In this document: piece by piece, positions 21,443 to 30,775 of the stretch
Numbering within the stretch: the stretch's first letter is position 1
Layout of the letters: the number at the start of each line of letters is the position of its first letter
From: Theionarchaea archaeon
Lineage (GTDB): Archaea > Methanobacteriota_B > Thermococci > Methanofastidiosales > SZ-28-30
Assembly: GCA_018992565.1 (NCBI GenBank)
Contig: JACVGW010000003.1
Coordinates: forward strand, 178 to 64,177
DNA length: 64,000 nt
Direction: 5' to 3'
Notes under the pieces: generated by a model
Database searches by the model: none
Told to the model about the DNA's origin: nothing
Seen by the model: only the letters and a program-made list of their open reading frames with translations
Translations under genes and position numbers: made by a program

Positions 21443-21543
21443 CTTATAAACCTTTCGGTTTCAGTAGTATATACTATATTAAGTCGTAGCTAAAGCAAAT
21501 AGTGGCATACTACACTACATAGTAGGTATTATCTTAAATAGTA
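21443..21543 (-). promoter_or_regulatory. oppA2 operon promoter with three upstream palindromic operators
   Basis: Minus-strand CCGAAAGGTTTATAAG at 21443-21458; TACTAT-N5-GTCGTA 21472-21488; TACTAC-N5-ATAGTA 21508-21524; TATTAT-N5-ATAGTA 21527-21543. Confidence 0.65.
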
Positions 21544-21643
21544 AATTGAGAACTCTGAATTAGCTGCTTCTTGCTCTGGCATGGTGGAAATGAGCTTCTG
21601 CGAACATTCAAAAAAAGAAATACCAAAAAAACGAAAATCAAAT

Positions 21644-21832
21644 TCAGATCACGATGACAATTCCCATCTTCTCCAGAAAGAAATATATACAGATTAACAA
21701 GACTGCAATCAGTCCCAAAACAAACAATAGATTCATTTTTTCCTTTGAAATCCTGTAATCTCTGACAAAAATCCCCATAAGTAGCACATCACATACAATG
21801 GCCACCAACAGCAGCAGAGCTTGTACATTCAT
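21644..21832 (-). CDS. Small two-TM membrane protein
   Basis: Strong SD AAGGAGG, two TM helices, downstream T-tract. Confidence 0.7.
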   Translation of the reverse strand: MNVQALLLLVAIVCDVLLMGIFVRDYRISKEKMNLLFVLGLIAVLLICIYFFLEKMGIVIVI

Positions 21833-21997
21833 GTAATTCCTCCTTTTTGAACATCATTTTACGAGTCTGCAGATGCAGCATCGTGGTTTCACTCCATTCA
21901 CATAAATACTTTTGGATTGTCTCAACGACCCACTATCTGATGAACAGCTCATGGCAATCTTTATAAAGAGATGATAACCAACTCCTATGGTGATCCC

Positions 21998-22429
21998 ATG
22001 AAACAGATTATGGCTGTACTATGTTGTCTTCTGGTGCTTGGCTGCACCATTGGTGTAAATCTTGACACGCCCGAAAATGCAGTGAGAACATGGATTCGAT
22101 CCTATAACGATCGAGATGTTGAAGGTATATATATTACACTCTCAAAAGCATACATTATGGCTAATGGTGGTGAGGAGCGAATAAAAGATAACATTAAAAC
22201 CATGTTGGAGGAAGCAGAAGAATCAGAGACAACCTTTGCAGTGAAAGGTATTGGAATGCTCGCCTTATCAGCAGAACAGCCAGGATTGCCATCAGACAGA
22301 ACCATATATCTGGCAAGAATGGATAAGGAGTATACGGCGCAGGGCGAGAAGGTGGTTGAAGAGGTCTTTTTCAATTTTGCAATTGTGAAAGAAGACGGTA
22401 AATACAAGATCGAAGACTTCTGGGACTGA
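21998..22429 (+). CDS. Putative lipoprotein, NTF2-like/DUF4878-like
   Basis: LVLGC lipobox; TPENAVRTWIRSYNDRD...IVKEDGKYKI pattern; GGTGAT SD before ATG 21998. Confidence 0.65.
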   Translation: MKQIMAVLCCLLVLGCTIGVNLDTPENAVRTWIRSYNDRDVEGIYITLSKAYIMANGGEERIKDNIKTMLEEAEESETTFAVKGIGMLALSAEQPGLPSDRTIYLARMDKEYTAQGEKVVEEVFFNFAIVKEDGKYKIEDFWD

Positions 22430-22885
22430 GAAGGAAATAGATCTACCACACGTGGTATTCTTTCCTCGCCATCCTTTCGTATTCTAAATGATGTACTATA
22501 TAGTGTAAGTATGGCTGTGGGATTGAGCAGCTACGGTCTTATAATGTGCCTGCCATGAAAACATGTGCCCCTTCTCCTGCCACATATTCTGGTGCACACT
22601 GCACTACCTCTGTTGTTATTTCTGGGAAGCACCTGGTATGGGTATTTAGAGAGGGTTGTTATGAGGAAAGGATGCACAAGATGCCCTCTTCGTCCCCGTA
22701 TCTCTGGAATTCCTTGTTCTACTGACGAGAGTCAGCAATTTACCACTCGTTTCTTTTGTCAGGCTGCAGTACGTTCCTTCTCCTGGTAATCAGGCTGGGT
22801 TTCTCACAGTGTATAAACACTCCTATCACTTTATGCTTCAAATGGAGTATTTAAATGGTAAATTGTATACCATACCGTCAGAGGA

Positions 22886-22918
22886 GAAACCTTTAAAAGG
22901 TTACCACGACAGGTAGTA
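22886..22918 (+). promoter_or_regulatory. blaI-like promoter with overlapping operator
   Basis: GAAACCTTTAAAA TATA element followed by TACCAC-N5-GTAGTA (22902-22918), which abuts the start codon. Confidence 0.65.
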
Positions 22919-23308
22919 GTGATGAACATTAAAAGACTTGGTCCTCTTGAACGAACTATAATGGAAGTCTTCTGGGAGAAGAAGAAAGCTGATGCACGGG
23001 AGGTCTATTCGGAACTCAACAGGGAAAAACAGATTGCATACACTACCATCAACACTACGCTCACGAGACTTCACAAGAAGAAACTACTCAACAGGAAGCT
23101 GGTGAAGGGAAGAGGAGGATACCGCTATGTGTACACGATTGCCAAGTCAAAACCAAAGTACATAGATCAGGTCATTCGCTCTACCATAGATGATCTCCTG
23201 ATGCGGTTCGGAAATCGGACTATCAATTACTTCTCAGAAAGTCTGAATTTAGATGAAGAAGATGTGGAGAAACTAAGGGCTCGTCTCAAGGAGTTGTCTC
23301 ATGAATGA
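22919..23308 (+). CDS. BlaI/MecI/CopY-family transcriptional regulator
   Basis: LGPLERTIMEVFW...AYTTINTTLTRLHKKKLL winged HTH; coupled to the M56 gene. Confidence 0.9.
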   Translation: MMNIKRLGPLERTIMEVFWEKKKADAREVYSELNREKQIAYTTINTTLTRLHKKKLLNRKLVKGRGGYRYVYTIAKSKPKYIDQVIRSTIDDLLMRFGNRTINYFSESLNLDEEDVEKLRARLKELSHE

Positions 23309-24638
23309 GTGGCAAAATCTTGCGCTTGCAGTTACCTTGATTGTGGTGGCACAGTTCACCAATGAAGGCATCATAGCCCTACTGAAGGTGAGGAATGCCA
23401 CCACCCGATTCCGAATAAGGCTTATTTCTCTGCTCTCCTGTTTCTTCATATTCTTGTTTGTTCCCTTCAAGATGGTTGAACTGACTATCTTGTCAGGAGA
23501 GATTCCTGCTGGCAATGCCAGCTCTTCCCAGATTGACAACTGGGTCGCTCGATCTGCCACCATGACGTCAACATATTCTGGATTTGCCCGGGCAAGTGTG
23601 GTTTTGCTGGTGGCTGCAGTTGTTTGCTTCGTGGTGATGCTGCTCTTCAGCAAGCAGATAGTAGCCAGGGTGTTTGAATGCGAGCCAGCAACAGATTCAC
23701 GACTTCTGACTGTGGTGAACAACGTCTCCTCCGAACTGGGAGTCTCCATCAAGCAGGTGATGGTGTGCAAGAAGAAATGTGATGCCTTTGTCTACGGGTA
23801 CCCTCCGTTTCTTGCAGTAGGAAAAGACCTCCTTGATGTTGTGAATGACAGTGAACTGCGGATAATCATACGACATGAGTTGTACCACATTAAAGGGAGA
23901 GACACACTCCTGAAGCCAGTTCTCGCCGCTCTGTGCATTATTTTCCTGTACAACCCCATGAGTTGGTTCCTGTATAATAGAGTGTTCACTGACAGAGAGT
24001 GTTGCGCTGATCAGGCGTCGATAACCTGCACTCAAGACACCCGGACATTTCTTTCCCTGCTCCTCAAATTCCACAGCCTCGCATGTGGAGCGCCATGTTC
24101 TCTCGCCGTTCATTGGATTGGAGCCACCAACAGGATTGACTCTCTTCTCTCTGCTGAAAAGAGTCGGAAAATCCCTGTTTTCCTGTGTCTGTTCTTCACG
24201 TTCTCTTCACTCTTTGTAGGAGGCACTCAGCTCTTCGGGAACCAGTATGTGGAAATCAACAGCTCCACACCTCTTGATCCCGAAGCCTATGGTCCGCAGG
24301 CTGATTTTTCGGGCTATTTCTATGATATTCCTGTGGCAGAATGGTACAACAAAACAATATCAGAAACTGAAGTGAGTATTCCCTTGCAGGAAAGAGATCT
24401 CAGAAAACTCCTGTCTGCAGATGAGCTTTCCAGAGGGGAGATTACCATTAGGATGGCCACACTGCCGCTGGGAAGGAGACCTCAATTTTTCGGGAGAAAT
24501 GACATTGTAGATGGCAACTGCAACCTCATCATTGAATTAGAAGACGGCAGGTTATTCGTTTCCATACGACAGAGCAGTGGCCCTGGATTCACTCAGAAAG
24601 AAGCCGTTCTCAATGGAGGACCTGCCACCCCACTGTAA
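23301..24638 (+). CDS. BlaR1/MecR1-like M56 membrane metallopeptidase with a non-PBP C-terminal domain
   Basis: TM helices, HELYHIKGRD (HExxH), YNP, RECCAD; follows BlaI. Confidence 0.85.
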   Translation: MNEWQNLALAVTLIVVAQFTNEGIIALLKVRNATTRFRIRLISLLSCFFIFLFVPFKMVELTILSGEIPAGNASSSQIDNWVARSATMTSTYSGFARASVVLLVAAVVCFVVMLLFSKQIVARVFECEPATDSRLLTVVNNVSSELGVSIKQVMVCKKKCDAFVYGYPPFLAVGKDLLDVVNDSELRIIIRHELYHIKGRDTLLKPVLAALCIIFLYNPMSWFLYNRVFTDRECCADQASITCTQDTRTFLSLLLKFHSLACGAPCSLAVHWIGATNRIDSLLSAEKSRKIPVFLCLFFTFSSLFVGGTQLFGNQYVEINSSTPLDPEAYGPQADFSGYFYDIPVAEWYNKTISETEVSIPLQERDLRKLLSADELSRGEITIRMATLPLGRRPQFFGRNDIVDGNCNLIIELEDGRLFVSIRQSSGPGFTQKEAVLNGGPATPL

Positions 24639-24799
24639 GGGTGGCCCCATGCCTGAAAGGTACACACACCTCATACTCCAGCTTGTGATCTGAACATTCT
24701 GGATGTGGGGCTACAGTCAGTCAATGTGGAGAGTGGATACTCTCTCTTATGGACTTTTCAATACAAAAGCATTTATGTAGAATCATGTGAGAGGACGCA

Positions 24800-26503
24800 A
24801 TGATCAGTGTTGAAGATCTCTCCTTTCAGTACAGCACACGTGAATCACTGGTGCTGAGGAATGTTAACCTGGTTGTCCCTCAGGGAGCCTACATTGCACT
24901 TGTTGGCCCTTCTGGTTCAGGAAAGAGCACTCTCTGTTTTACCATGAATGGAATCATACCTCACTCTATTGGAGGTCACCTGTCAGGGAAGGTACGTGTT
25001 GACAGCCTGGATACACGAGAACACCAGGTACACGAGCTTGCTGAAAAAGTGGGTATTGTTCTTCAAAATCCCGAATCTCAGTTATTTGCCATGAGTGTGG
25101 AGGAGGAACTGGCTTTTGGTCCTGAGAACCTGGGGCTGCCTCGAGAAGAAATAGTGGCCCGTATCGATGAGGCCCTCCGCATCATAGGGATAACGGATAG
25201 GGAGCGATTCCCCTTTTCTCTGTCCGGAGGAGAAAAACAGAAACTTGCCATTGCTTCTATTTTGACCATGAACCCCTCCCACCTCGTCCTGGATGAACCA
25301 ACATCTCAACTGGATCCAAGAGGAAGACAGAGTGTCTACCATGTCCTGGACGGCCTCCACGCTGGCGGGATGTCCATCATCCTTATTGAACACAATACAG
25401 AACACATTGCAGAACATGCCCAGCAGGTGCTGGTGGTAAAAGACGGCACTGTTGTGGCCTCCGGATCACCCGGGGATGTCCTTTCCCGCGTGGAAGAGAT
25501 GGAAGCTCTGGGAATACAGGTCCCTGAGGTTGCTGAACTGACCTATGAACTCTGCAAGAGAGGAGTCATAGAGAGAGTAGCAGTCACACTCGAAGATGCT
25601 GTATCCCTGCTTGAAAATTTAACCTTAAACAGGAAACGTCCCCCAAGCATGAGAGAGAAGTCAGGGTTCCTGAACCAGGAGACGTCACAGCCCTGCAGTG
25701 CAGCACCTGCCATTGAGGTGAGAGCCCTGTCCTTCCAGTACGACGATGTCCCTGTCCTCAACAATGTCTCCCTCACCATTGGACGGGGGGAGATTACAGC
25801 CATTATAGGACAGAATGGATCAGGAAAGACGACACTGGTGAAGCACTTCAATGGACTGCTGCGCCCCCATAGAGGAGAAATCTCTGTATTTGGAGAACCT
25901 ATTAAAGACAAGAGCGTTGCCCAGCTGGCCCAGAAGGTAGGATATGTATTTCAGAACCCTGATCATCAGATCTTTGCAGACAGTGTATTCGAAGAAGTAG
26001 AATTTGGCCCCAAAAACCTGCATGTGCATCCAGAAGAGAGACAGGAACGTGTGTCTGACGTCCTGAGGCAGACTGGCCTCCTCAAATACAAGGACACACA
26101 TCCTGCCAGCCTGTCAGGGGGAGAAAAACAGCGGCTCGTCATAGCATCTGTCCTGGTGATGAACCCTCACATTCTTGTATTGGACGAACCCACCACCGGC
26201 CTGGATCTCACGAGCTCCCGCTCAATTATTGAACTGGTTAAAGCCCTTCACCAGCAGAGTCGCACCGTGGTCCTGGTGACTCACGACATGAAGCTGGTAG
26301 CAGAAATGGCCAACCGAATACTCATTTTGAAAGAAGGGACAGTGGCTGCCGAGGGGAGTCCTCATGAGATCTTTTCAAACCAGGACCTGCTTTCTGACAA
26401 CTTCCTTGAAGCGCCCCAGATTACCAGACTCAGTAATCGCCTTGGATATGGAACATGCCTCAGTGTGGGAGAGTTGCTGCAGAACATGGAGGGTGGTCCA
26501 TGA
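24800..26503 (+). CDS. ECF transporter fused double ATPase (EcfA-A')
   Basis: Two ABC domains: GPSGSGKS and GQNGSGKT, QNPESQ and QNPDHQ, LSGGEKQ twice. Confidence 0.92.
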   Translation: MISVEDLSFQYSTRESLVLRNVNLVVPQGAYIALVGPSGSGKSTLCFTMNGIIPHSIGGHLSGKVRVDSLDTREHQVHELAEKVGIVLQNPESQLFAMSVEEELAFGPENLGLPREEIVARIDEALRIIGITDRERFPFSLSGGEKQKLAIASILTMNPSHLVLDEPTSQLDPRGRQSVYHVLDGLHAGGMSIILIEHNTEHIAEHAQQVLVVKDGTVVASGSPGDVLSRVEEMEALGIQVPEVAELTYELCKRGVIERVAVTLEDAVSLLENLTLNRKRPPSMREKSGFLNQETSQPCSAAPAIEVRALSFQYDDVPVLNNVSLTIGRGEITAIIGQNGSGKTTLVKHFNGLLRPHRGEISVFGEPIKDKSVAQLAQKVGYVFQNPDHQIFADSVFEEVEFGPKNLHVHPEERQERVSDVLRQTGLLKYKDTHPASLSGGEKQRLVIASVLVMNPHILVLDEPTTGLDLTSSRSIIELVKALHQQSRTVVLVTHDMKLVAEMANRILILKEGTVAAEGSPHEIFSNQDLLSDNFLEAPQITRLSNRLGYGTCLSVGELLQNMEGGP

Positions 26504-27291
26504 TTCAGCAGACCATGTTTATCAGGAAAAGATCCTTTCTCCACTCCCTGGACCCGAGGACAAAGCTCTTCGTATCCATTAGCCTGTTTCTTGTGGGTAT
26601 TATGTTCAGTGACTACAGGGTTTTGACAGTTCTCTTTGTGCTTGAGATAATTGTCCTCAGACTTGTAGCCAGGATCCCTTTTGCGAAGCTGTTCCCCTAT
26701 CTGAAGTTGATTCTCCCTCTTGTGGTGATGGCACTTGTGATATGGCCCCTCTTCCAGAGAACAGGGACAGTCCTTGTATCATACTGGAAGATCATTATCA
26801 CGGAAGAGGGAATCCGGATGGGTATCGCCATGTCCTTCAGATTGCTGTCCCTGATCGTTGCCACATACCTGCTCCTGATGACCACTGAACAGAGAGATCT
26901 GGTTCTCGCTCTTGTTACCTCCGGGCTGCGGTACGACTTTGGATTGATGCTGGCAATTGCCCTGAGCAAGGTTCCTGCCCTGGCAGGGATTGCCATGACC
27001 ATTATGGACGCACAGAAGGCACGGGGACTGGAACTGGAAAAGGGCAATATTGTAGAAAAAGTGAGAAAGTATATACCTATATTAATTCCATTAATCATAT
27101 CGGCCATACGGCTGGCTGAAGCATTGTCCATTGCCATCGATTCCCGAGCATTTGGCAGAGGTAACCGCACGTATTTGAGAGAGCTTCACTTCACAGTGAA
27201 AGATGCGCTGGTCACTGGCATGACTGTGGTGATACTATCAGCATGTGTAGGAATACGCGCTGCAGGATTTGGTGTTATGGAATTGCCATAG
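26500..27291 (+). CDS. ecfT: ECF transporter transmembrane component T
   Basis: SFLHSLDPRTK, AQKARG and IDSRAF motifs. Confidence 0.92.
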   Translation: MIQQTMFIRKRSFLHSLDPRTKLFVSISLFLVGIMFSDYRVLTVLFVLEIIVLRLVARIPFAKLFPYLKLILPLVVMALVIWPLFQRTGTVLVSYWKIIITEEGIRMGIAMSFRLLSLIVATYLLLMTTEQRDLVLALVTSGLRYDFGLMLAIALSKVPALAGIAMTIMDAQKARGLELEKGNIVEKVRKYIPILIPLIISAIRLAEALSIAIDSRAFGRGNRTYLRELHFTVKDALVTGMTVVILSACVGIRAAGFGVMELP

Positions 27292-28085
27292 TGGCTGTGG
27301 CTTCCATACTGATATCTGCTACATTCAAGAACCCTGTAGAGGGATGGGCTGTCCTCATGGAAACTGATGATTTCCCTGAAGGATATACTGACCTTCCCAT
27401 GGGATTCGTGAATGTTGAAAGAATGGAGGAGCTGCTCCAGTACCATGGGTGGCAGGAATCGCACATTCTAGAAAGGAGAGACAATATTACGGCAGATACA
27501 GTGAGAGAAGGTATTGAGTTCCTGCAGGGAGCAGACCACAATGATATTGCTCTATTCTATATTTGTTCTCACGGGGGATACGTGAGATACGATCTTCAAT
27601 GGAATACCCTCATGCCTCCGCTCTGGGAGACTGTCACCAGTGAGAAGAGGATACTGATCATAGATTCATGTTATGCAGGTTCCTTTCTGCCAGAGAGTGA
27701 GAGTCCCTACGTGGGGATTGGCTCAGTCTCAGCAGAAGAGCTCGGGTGGGCAGGGCTACCAGAGGAGAACCTGCCCATTACAGGGTTTGTGTTTACCTAC
27801 TACTTCTGTGAGTCTACCCGGGGAATACCAATTGAGGAGGGATTTGAGAAGGCCGTTCCCCAGGTGAAGCAGTATATGCAGGAAATAGTATATCCAGCTT
27901 TCAAGGATCTCTATCCTCCCGAGTACTACAACCTGTACGATCCTCATCCAGTGTTGCAGGATTCCTATCCGGGGGGACTTTCGCTAGAAGTTGATGATGG
28001 CAGGACGTCTCTGTCTTACCTGCTGGCTGTCCTGATACTTTTTGTCCTGGGACTGGACATCGCCCTCAGGAAGACAACCAGGTGA
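27243..28085 (+). CDS. Secreted caspase-like (clan CD, C14/C13-like) protease with C-terminal TM anchor
   Basis: FYICSHGG (His) and LIIDSCYAG (Cys) dyad; N-terminal signal; C-terminal TM plus RK. Start codon uncertain. Confidence 0.75.
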   Translation: MCRNTRCRIWCYGIAIVAVASILISATFKNPVEGWAVLMETDDFPEGYTDLPMGFVNVERMEELLQYHGWQESHILERRDNITADTVREGIEFLQGADHNDIALFYICSHGGYVRYDLQWNTLMPPLWETVTSEKRILIIDSCYAGSFLPESESPYVGIGSVSAEELGWAGLPEENLPITGFVFTYYFCESTRGIPIEEGFEKAVPQVKQYMQEIVYPAFKDLYPPEYYNLYDPHPVLQDSYPGGLSLEVDDGRTSLSYLLAVLILFVLGLDIALRKTTR

Positions 28086-28201
28086 TACCACTGGAAAATG
28101 TGTGATGAATCGGGCTCTACACAGAGTATGAGAGTCTCTCACTCTTTGTTTCTCTGCGTACCGGCCAAAAGCTTTATATTTCAGCAAAGGCAATTCCTCG
28201 T

Positions 28202-29245
28202 GTGGAATCAACAACTGATATTCTGGAGAAACTTATAGAGGAAGAACAGAAAATACGACAGAAAGCAGAAGAATTGGGACTCCGTGTCGGAAAAGGACCT
28301 CCAGAAGAAGTTAAAAAACCTTTCAGGGCTAAGGAAGGAATCCCCAGAACAGAACTCACTGAAAGAGAGATGGCCCGGCTGTTGGCGGAAACAAGAGATA
28401 TCCTTGATATTTATAACACAGATTATGTTGCCGAACACTTTGATGAGGCAAATAATCTGTATCACTCGCTGAAGGACAAACCATTCTCTCCTGATTCTCT
28501 CATTGGATCACGAATTGTGCAGAACATTCAGGAACTGAAAGAGAGAATTGATGCGGTCGGAGAACAGGAGTCGCCGACAAAGCCGCTTGAGGAATTGCTT
28601 TCTGATGCAAAGAGGGTTCTCGATTCTCTGGACTCACTGGACTCAATTCAGGCGAAAAGACGGTACGCTGACCTGTTGAAGAGACAGCAGGAAATGCCAA
28701 GGAATGTGGATGAGCCACTGGAAGTCGAAATTGATGAGTACCTGGTGGAAATTGGAAAAAGAATCCAGAGATCAGAAAAAAAGACATCGGAAGAGATTGG
28801 AGAAGAACTTCTGGAAGAGATCAGCACCTTGATTGGCTCCGGTACCTTTAATCCCGATGGATACAACAGAATTGCAAAAAAATTCCAGGAGATAGCAGAT
28901 GATCTTCCTGAAGACCTCAAATTGAAAATAAGAGACCGCATACGCGAATCCTATGCCAAGATGAAGGACCTCGAACAGAAAGAACACGTTGAAGAACGCG
29001 TACGGGAGGTACGTGCCAAGAAGTTCTACTGGGATTCCTTTGCTCAGGAAGTGGAACAATTGAAAGCCGACCTGGAGCGGGCATCACCTGGGGAGTTCTT
29101 CAGGCTCTATGACATCTATGATCAGCTGCTGGACTCTCTGGAACATGCAGATCTGTCTGATGTTCATGCTGCCCAGATTGACCGCGTAAAATCAATGGTA
29201 GATCAGTGTTACTACATGCTTGAAGAACTGAGATCGCGAGCGTAG
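28202..29245 (+). CDS. Hypothetical acidic alpha-helical/coiled-coil protein
   Basis: Long E/K/L-rich ORF; TATA (CTTTATAT) about 25 nt upstream. Confidence 0.75.
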   Translation: MESTTDILEKLIEEEQKIRQKAEELGLRVGKGPPEEVKKPFRAKEGIPRTELTEREMARLLAETRDILDIYNTDYVAEHFDEANNLYHSLKDKPFSPDSLIGSRIVQNIQELKERIDAVGEQESPTKPLEELLSDAKRVLDSLDSLDSIQAKRRYADLLKRQQEMPRNVDEPLEVEIDEYLVEIGKRIQRSEKKTSEEIGEELLEEISTLIGSGTFNPDGYNRIAKKFQEIADDLPEDLKLKIRDRIRESYAKMKDLEQKEHVEERVREVRAKKFYWDSFAQEVEQLKADLERASPGEFFRLYDIYDQLLDSLEHADLSDVHAAQIDRVKSMVDQCYYMLEELRSRA

Positions 29246-29249
29246 CGTC

Positions 29250-30032
29250 TTACTTGGGTAGTCTTCCCAGTTCCACCACTCCTTTGGAAACGATGCGCTG
29301 GACTGTTGTTCTGGATCCGATCTTCAGGCTGCCATCACACATGACTTTCTGAAGGACGCTGTCAGATCCCACGTAGATATCTCCTTTACAGTACACATCT
29401 TCTTTCACTTCGCAGAAGTTCCCTATTTCCAGCTGGACTTCTATGTTAACGGGCGAATTAATGATATTTCTGTCTCCTAGAGAAGCATCCTTGCCTTTGA
29501 TGGAACCCTTGAACTCGCACTCTGCCTTGCTCTTCACTGTTGAAGCCACGACATCACCATATACCATATTCTTGTCGCCGAGGTGTACTTCTTCTCCTGC
29601 CTCGATATTCCCTTTTATAATGACTCCATCTCCCAGGTGAATGCTGCGGCTTGTTTTCAGCCCTCCGGTAAGAACTAGATCATCAGAGAGGCTGATGTCT
29701 GAGTCTCTAGCCACAATGGCAAAGGTTTTCAGGGAAATCTCATCCTTCTTCTGCTGTATTACCTGCTGAAGTTCGGAGATTTCAAGGTTTTTCTCTTCAA
29801 TCATCTGTTTTAGCTGCCGCTCCGTCTCCGTAAAATTCTCCACCTTATCCAAGAGAGCCTGGTTATCCTCAGTGAGCCTCTCGGCTACTTCTCTCAGCTT
29901 GGATACTCCGCCGTATTCCTTTCTGTACGTCTCCAGCTCTCTGGTGAGACGGGAATTTTCATCCCGCAACTCGGTGGCCATCCGTCTTAGAGATTCTATG
30001 ACCTCATCTTTTCCTTTATCAAAGAGCCCCAT
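29250..30032 (-). CDS. Coiled-coil plus bactofilin-like beta-helix protein (polymer-forming cytoskeletal family)
   Basis: About 100-aa heptad coiled coil followed by repeats such as IHLGDGVIIKGNIEAGEEVHLGDKNMVYGDVVA. Confidence 0.7.
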   Translation of the reverse strand: MGLFDKGKDEVIESLRRMATELRDENSRLTRELETYRKEYGGVSKLREVAERLTEDNQALLDKVENFTETERQLKQMIEEKNLEISELQQVIQQKKDEISLKTFAIVARDSDISLSDDLVLTGGLKTSRSIHLGDGVIIKGNIEAGEEVHLGDKNMVYGDVVASTVKSKAECEFKGSIKGKDASLGDRNIINSPVNIEVQLEIGNFCEVKEDVYCKGDIYVGSDSVLQKVMCDGSLKIGSRTTVQRIVSKGVVELGRLPK

Positions 30033-30144
30033 GCTGTTCAACCTCCATTCTTTTTCTCAATACCATATATATAGCTTTTTCCATTGCCATTGTCAGGCTG
30101 GTGAAGACCACTTTTGTTGCCAGGTTAGGCTCTCTTCCTCTCAT
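30019..30144 (-). CDS. Possible small protein (41 aa) between the V4R and bactofilin-like genes
   Basis: MRGREPNLATKVVFTSLTMAMEKAIYMVLRKRMEVEQHGAL fills the operon gap and overlaps the next start; no clear SD. Confidence 0.35.
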   Translation of the reverse strand: MRGREPNLATKVVFTSLTMAMEKAIYMVLRKRMEVEQHGAL

Positions 30145-30190
30145 GTGGGCAAGCAGGAATTTTCTCCTCACTTGAATGACAAAATTGAGC

Positions 30191-30652
30191 TCACACCGAG
30201 GAATTCTTCTTGACCAGCTCAAACAAGCACTGATTGGCCCCGGCAGCTTGACAGGAGGTCTCCCTGTACATGATGTCTTCCTCGTTGTAGTATCTGGAAA
30301 CCAGCCCCTCGAAAAATCCGGCAAGAAAGTGACACACAGGTTCATCACTTTTCTCATAGCCAGAAGCAATTGGGGAATCAATAACCTTGAATCGCATTTC
30401 TTCGGGATGAAAGGTGGCCTTGACAAAGCCAGTGGCCTCCAATTCCGCAAGAAGATCCTGGATGGTGGCACTTTCTTCCTCAGATTGCATAATCTCCATG
30501 TACCTGTCACCAAATTCTCTTCCTGCAGAATATAGAACCTTTGCCGCGGACGTGCCTATGGATGCCTCCAGTGTTTTCTGAATCTTCATGAAAATGCTGT
30601 TGAGCACCACCAATTTCCGCTTTTTTTCCACCGGCAGCAATTCTTTCATCAT
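30191..30652 (-). CDS. V4R-domain (vinyl-4-reductase-like) sensor protein
   Basis: LYSAGREFG, PVCHFLAGFFEG, ETSCQAAGANQCLF. Confidence 0.9.
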   Translation of the reverse strand: MMKELLPVEKKRKLVVLNSIFMKIQKTLEASIGTSAAKVLYSAGREFGDRYMEIMQSEEESATIQDLLAELEATGFVKATFHPEEMRFKVIDSPIASGYEKSDEPVCHFLAGFFEGLVSRYYNEEDIMYRETSCQAAGANQCLFELVKKNSSV

Positions 30653-30775
30653 ACCTCATTTCCATCGAGACTTATAAAGGTATAGTAGACGAGCAGAGGA
30701 GCAGTACGCACTCCTTCCTGCTGGCAATTCGAACCCTGCTGTCTCCCGCGCCTGTCATCGCGCCGGGAAGGCACT

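Noticed and set aside
22430..22880. ORF 22565..22789 and short palindromes (TACCACACGTGGTA, ACTATATAGT)
   Set aside because: The ORF lacks coding signals, and the palindromes do not fit the N5 spacing of the operator.
30145..30513. Long version (164 aa) of ORF 30019..30513
   Set aside because: It overlaps the well-supported V4R gene in another frame; only the last ~41 codons are plausible.
30713..30745. GTTCGAAT T-loop-like motif on the minus strand
   Set aside because: The flanks do not form a T-stem or cloverleaf, so it is not called a tRNA.
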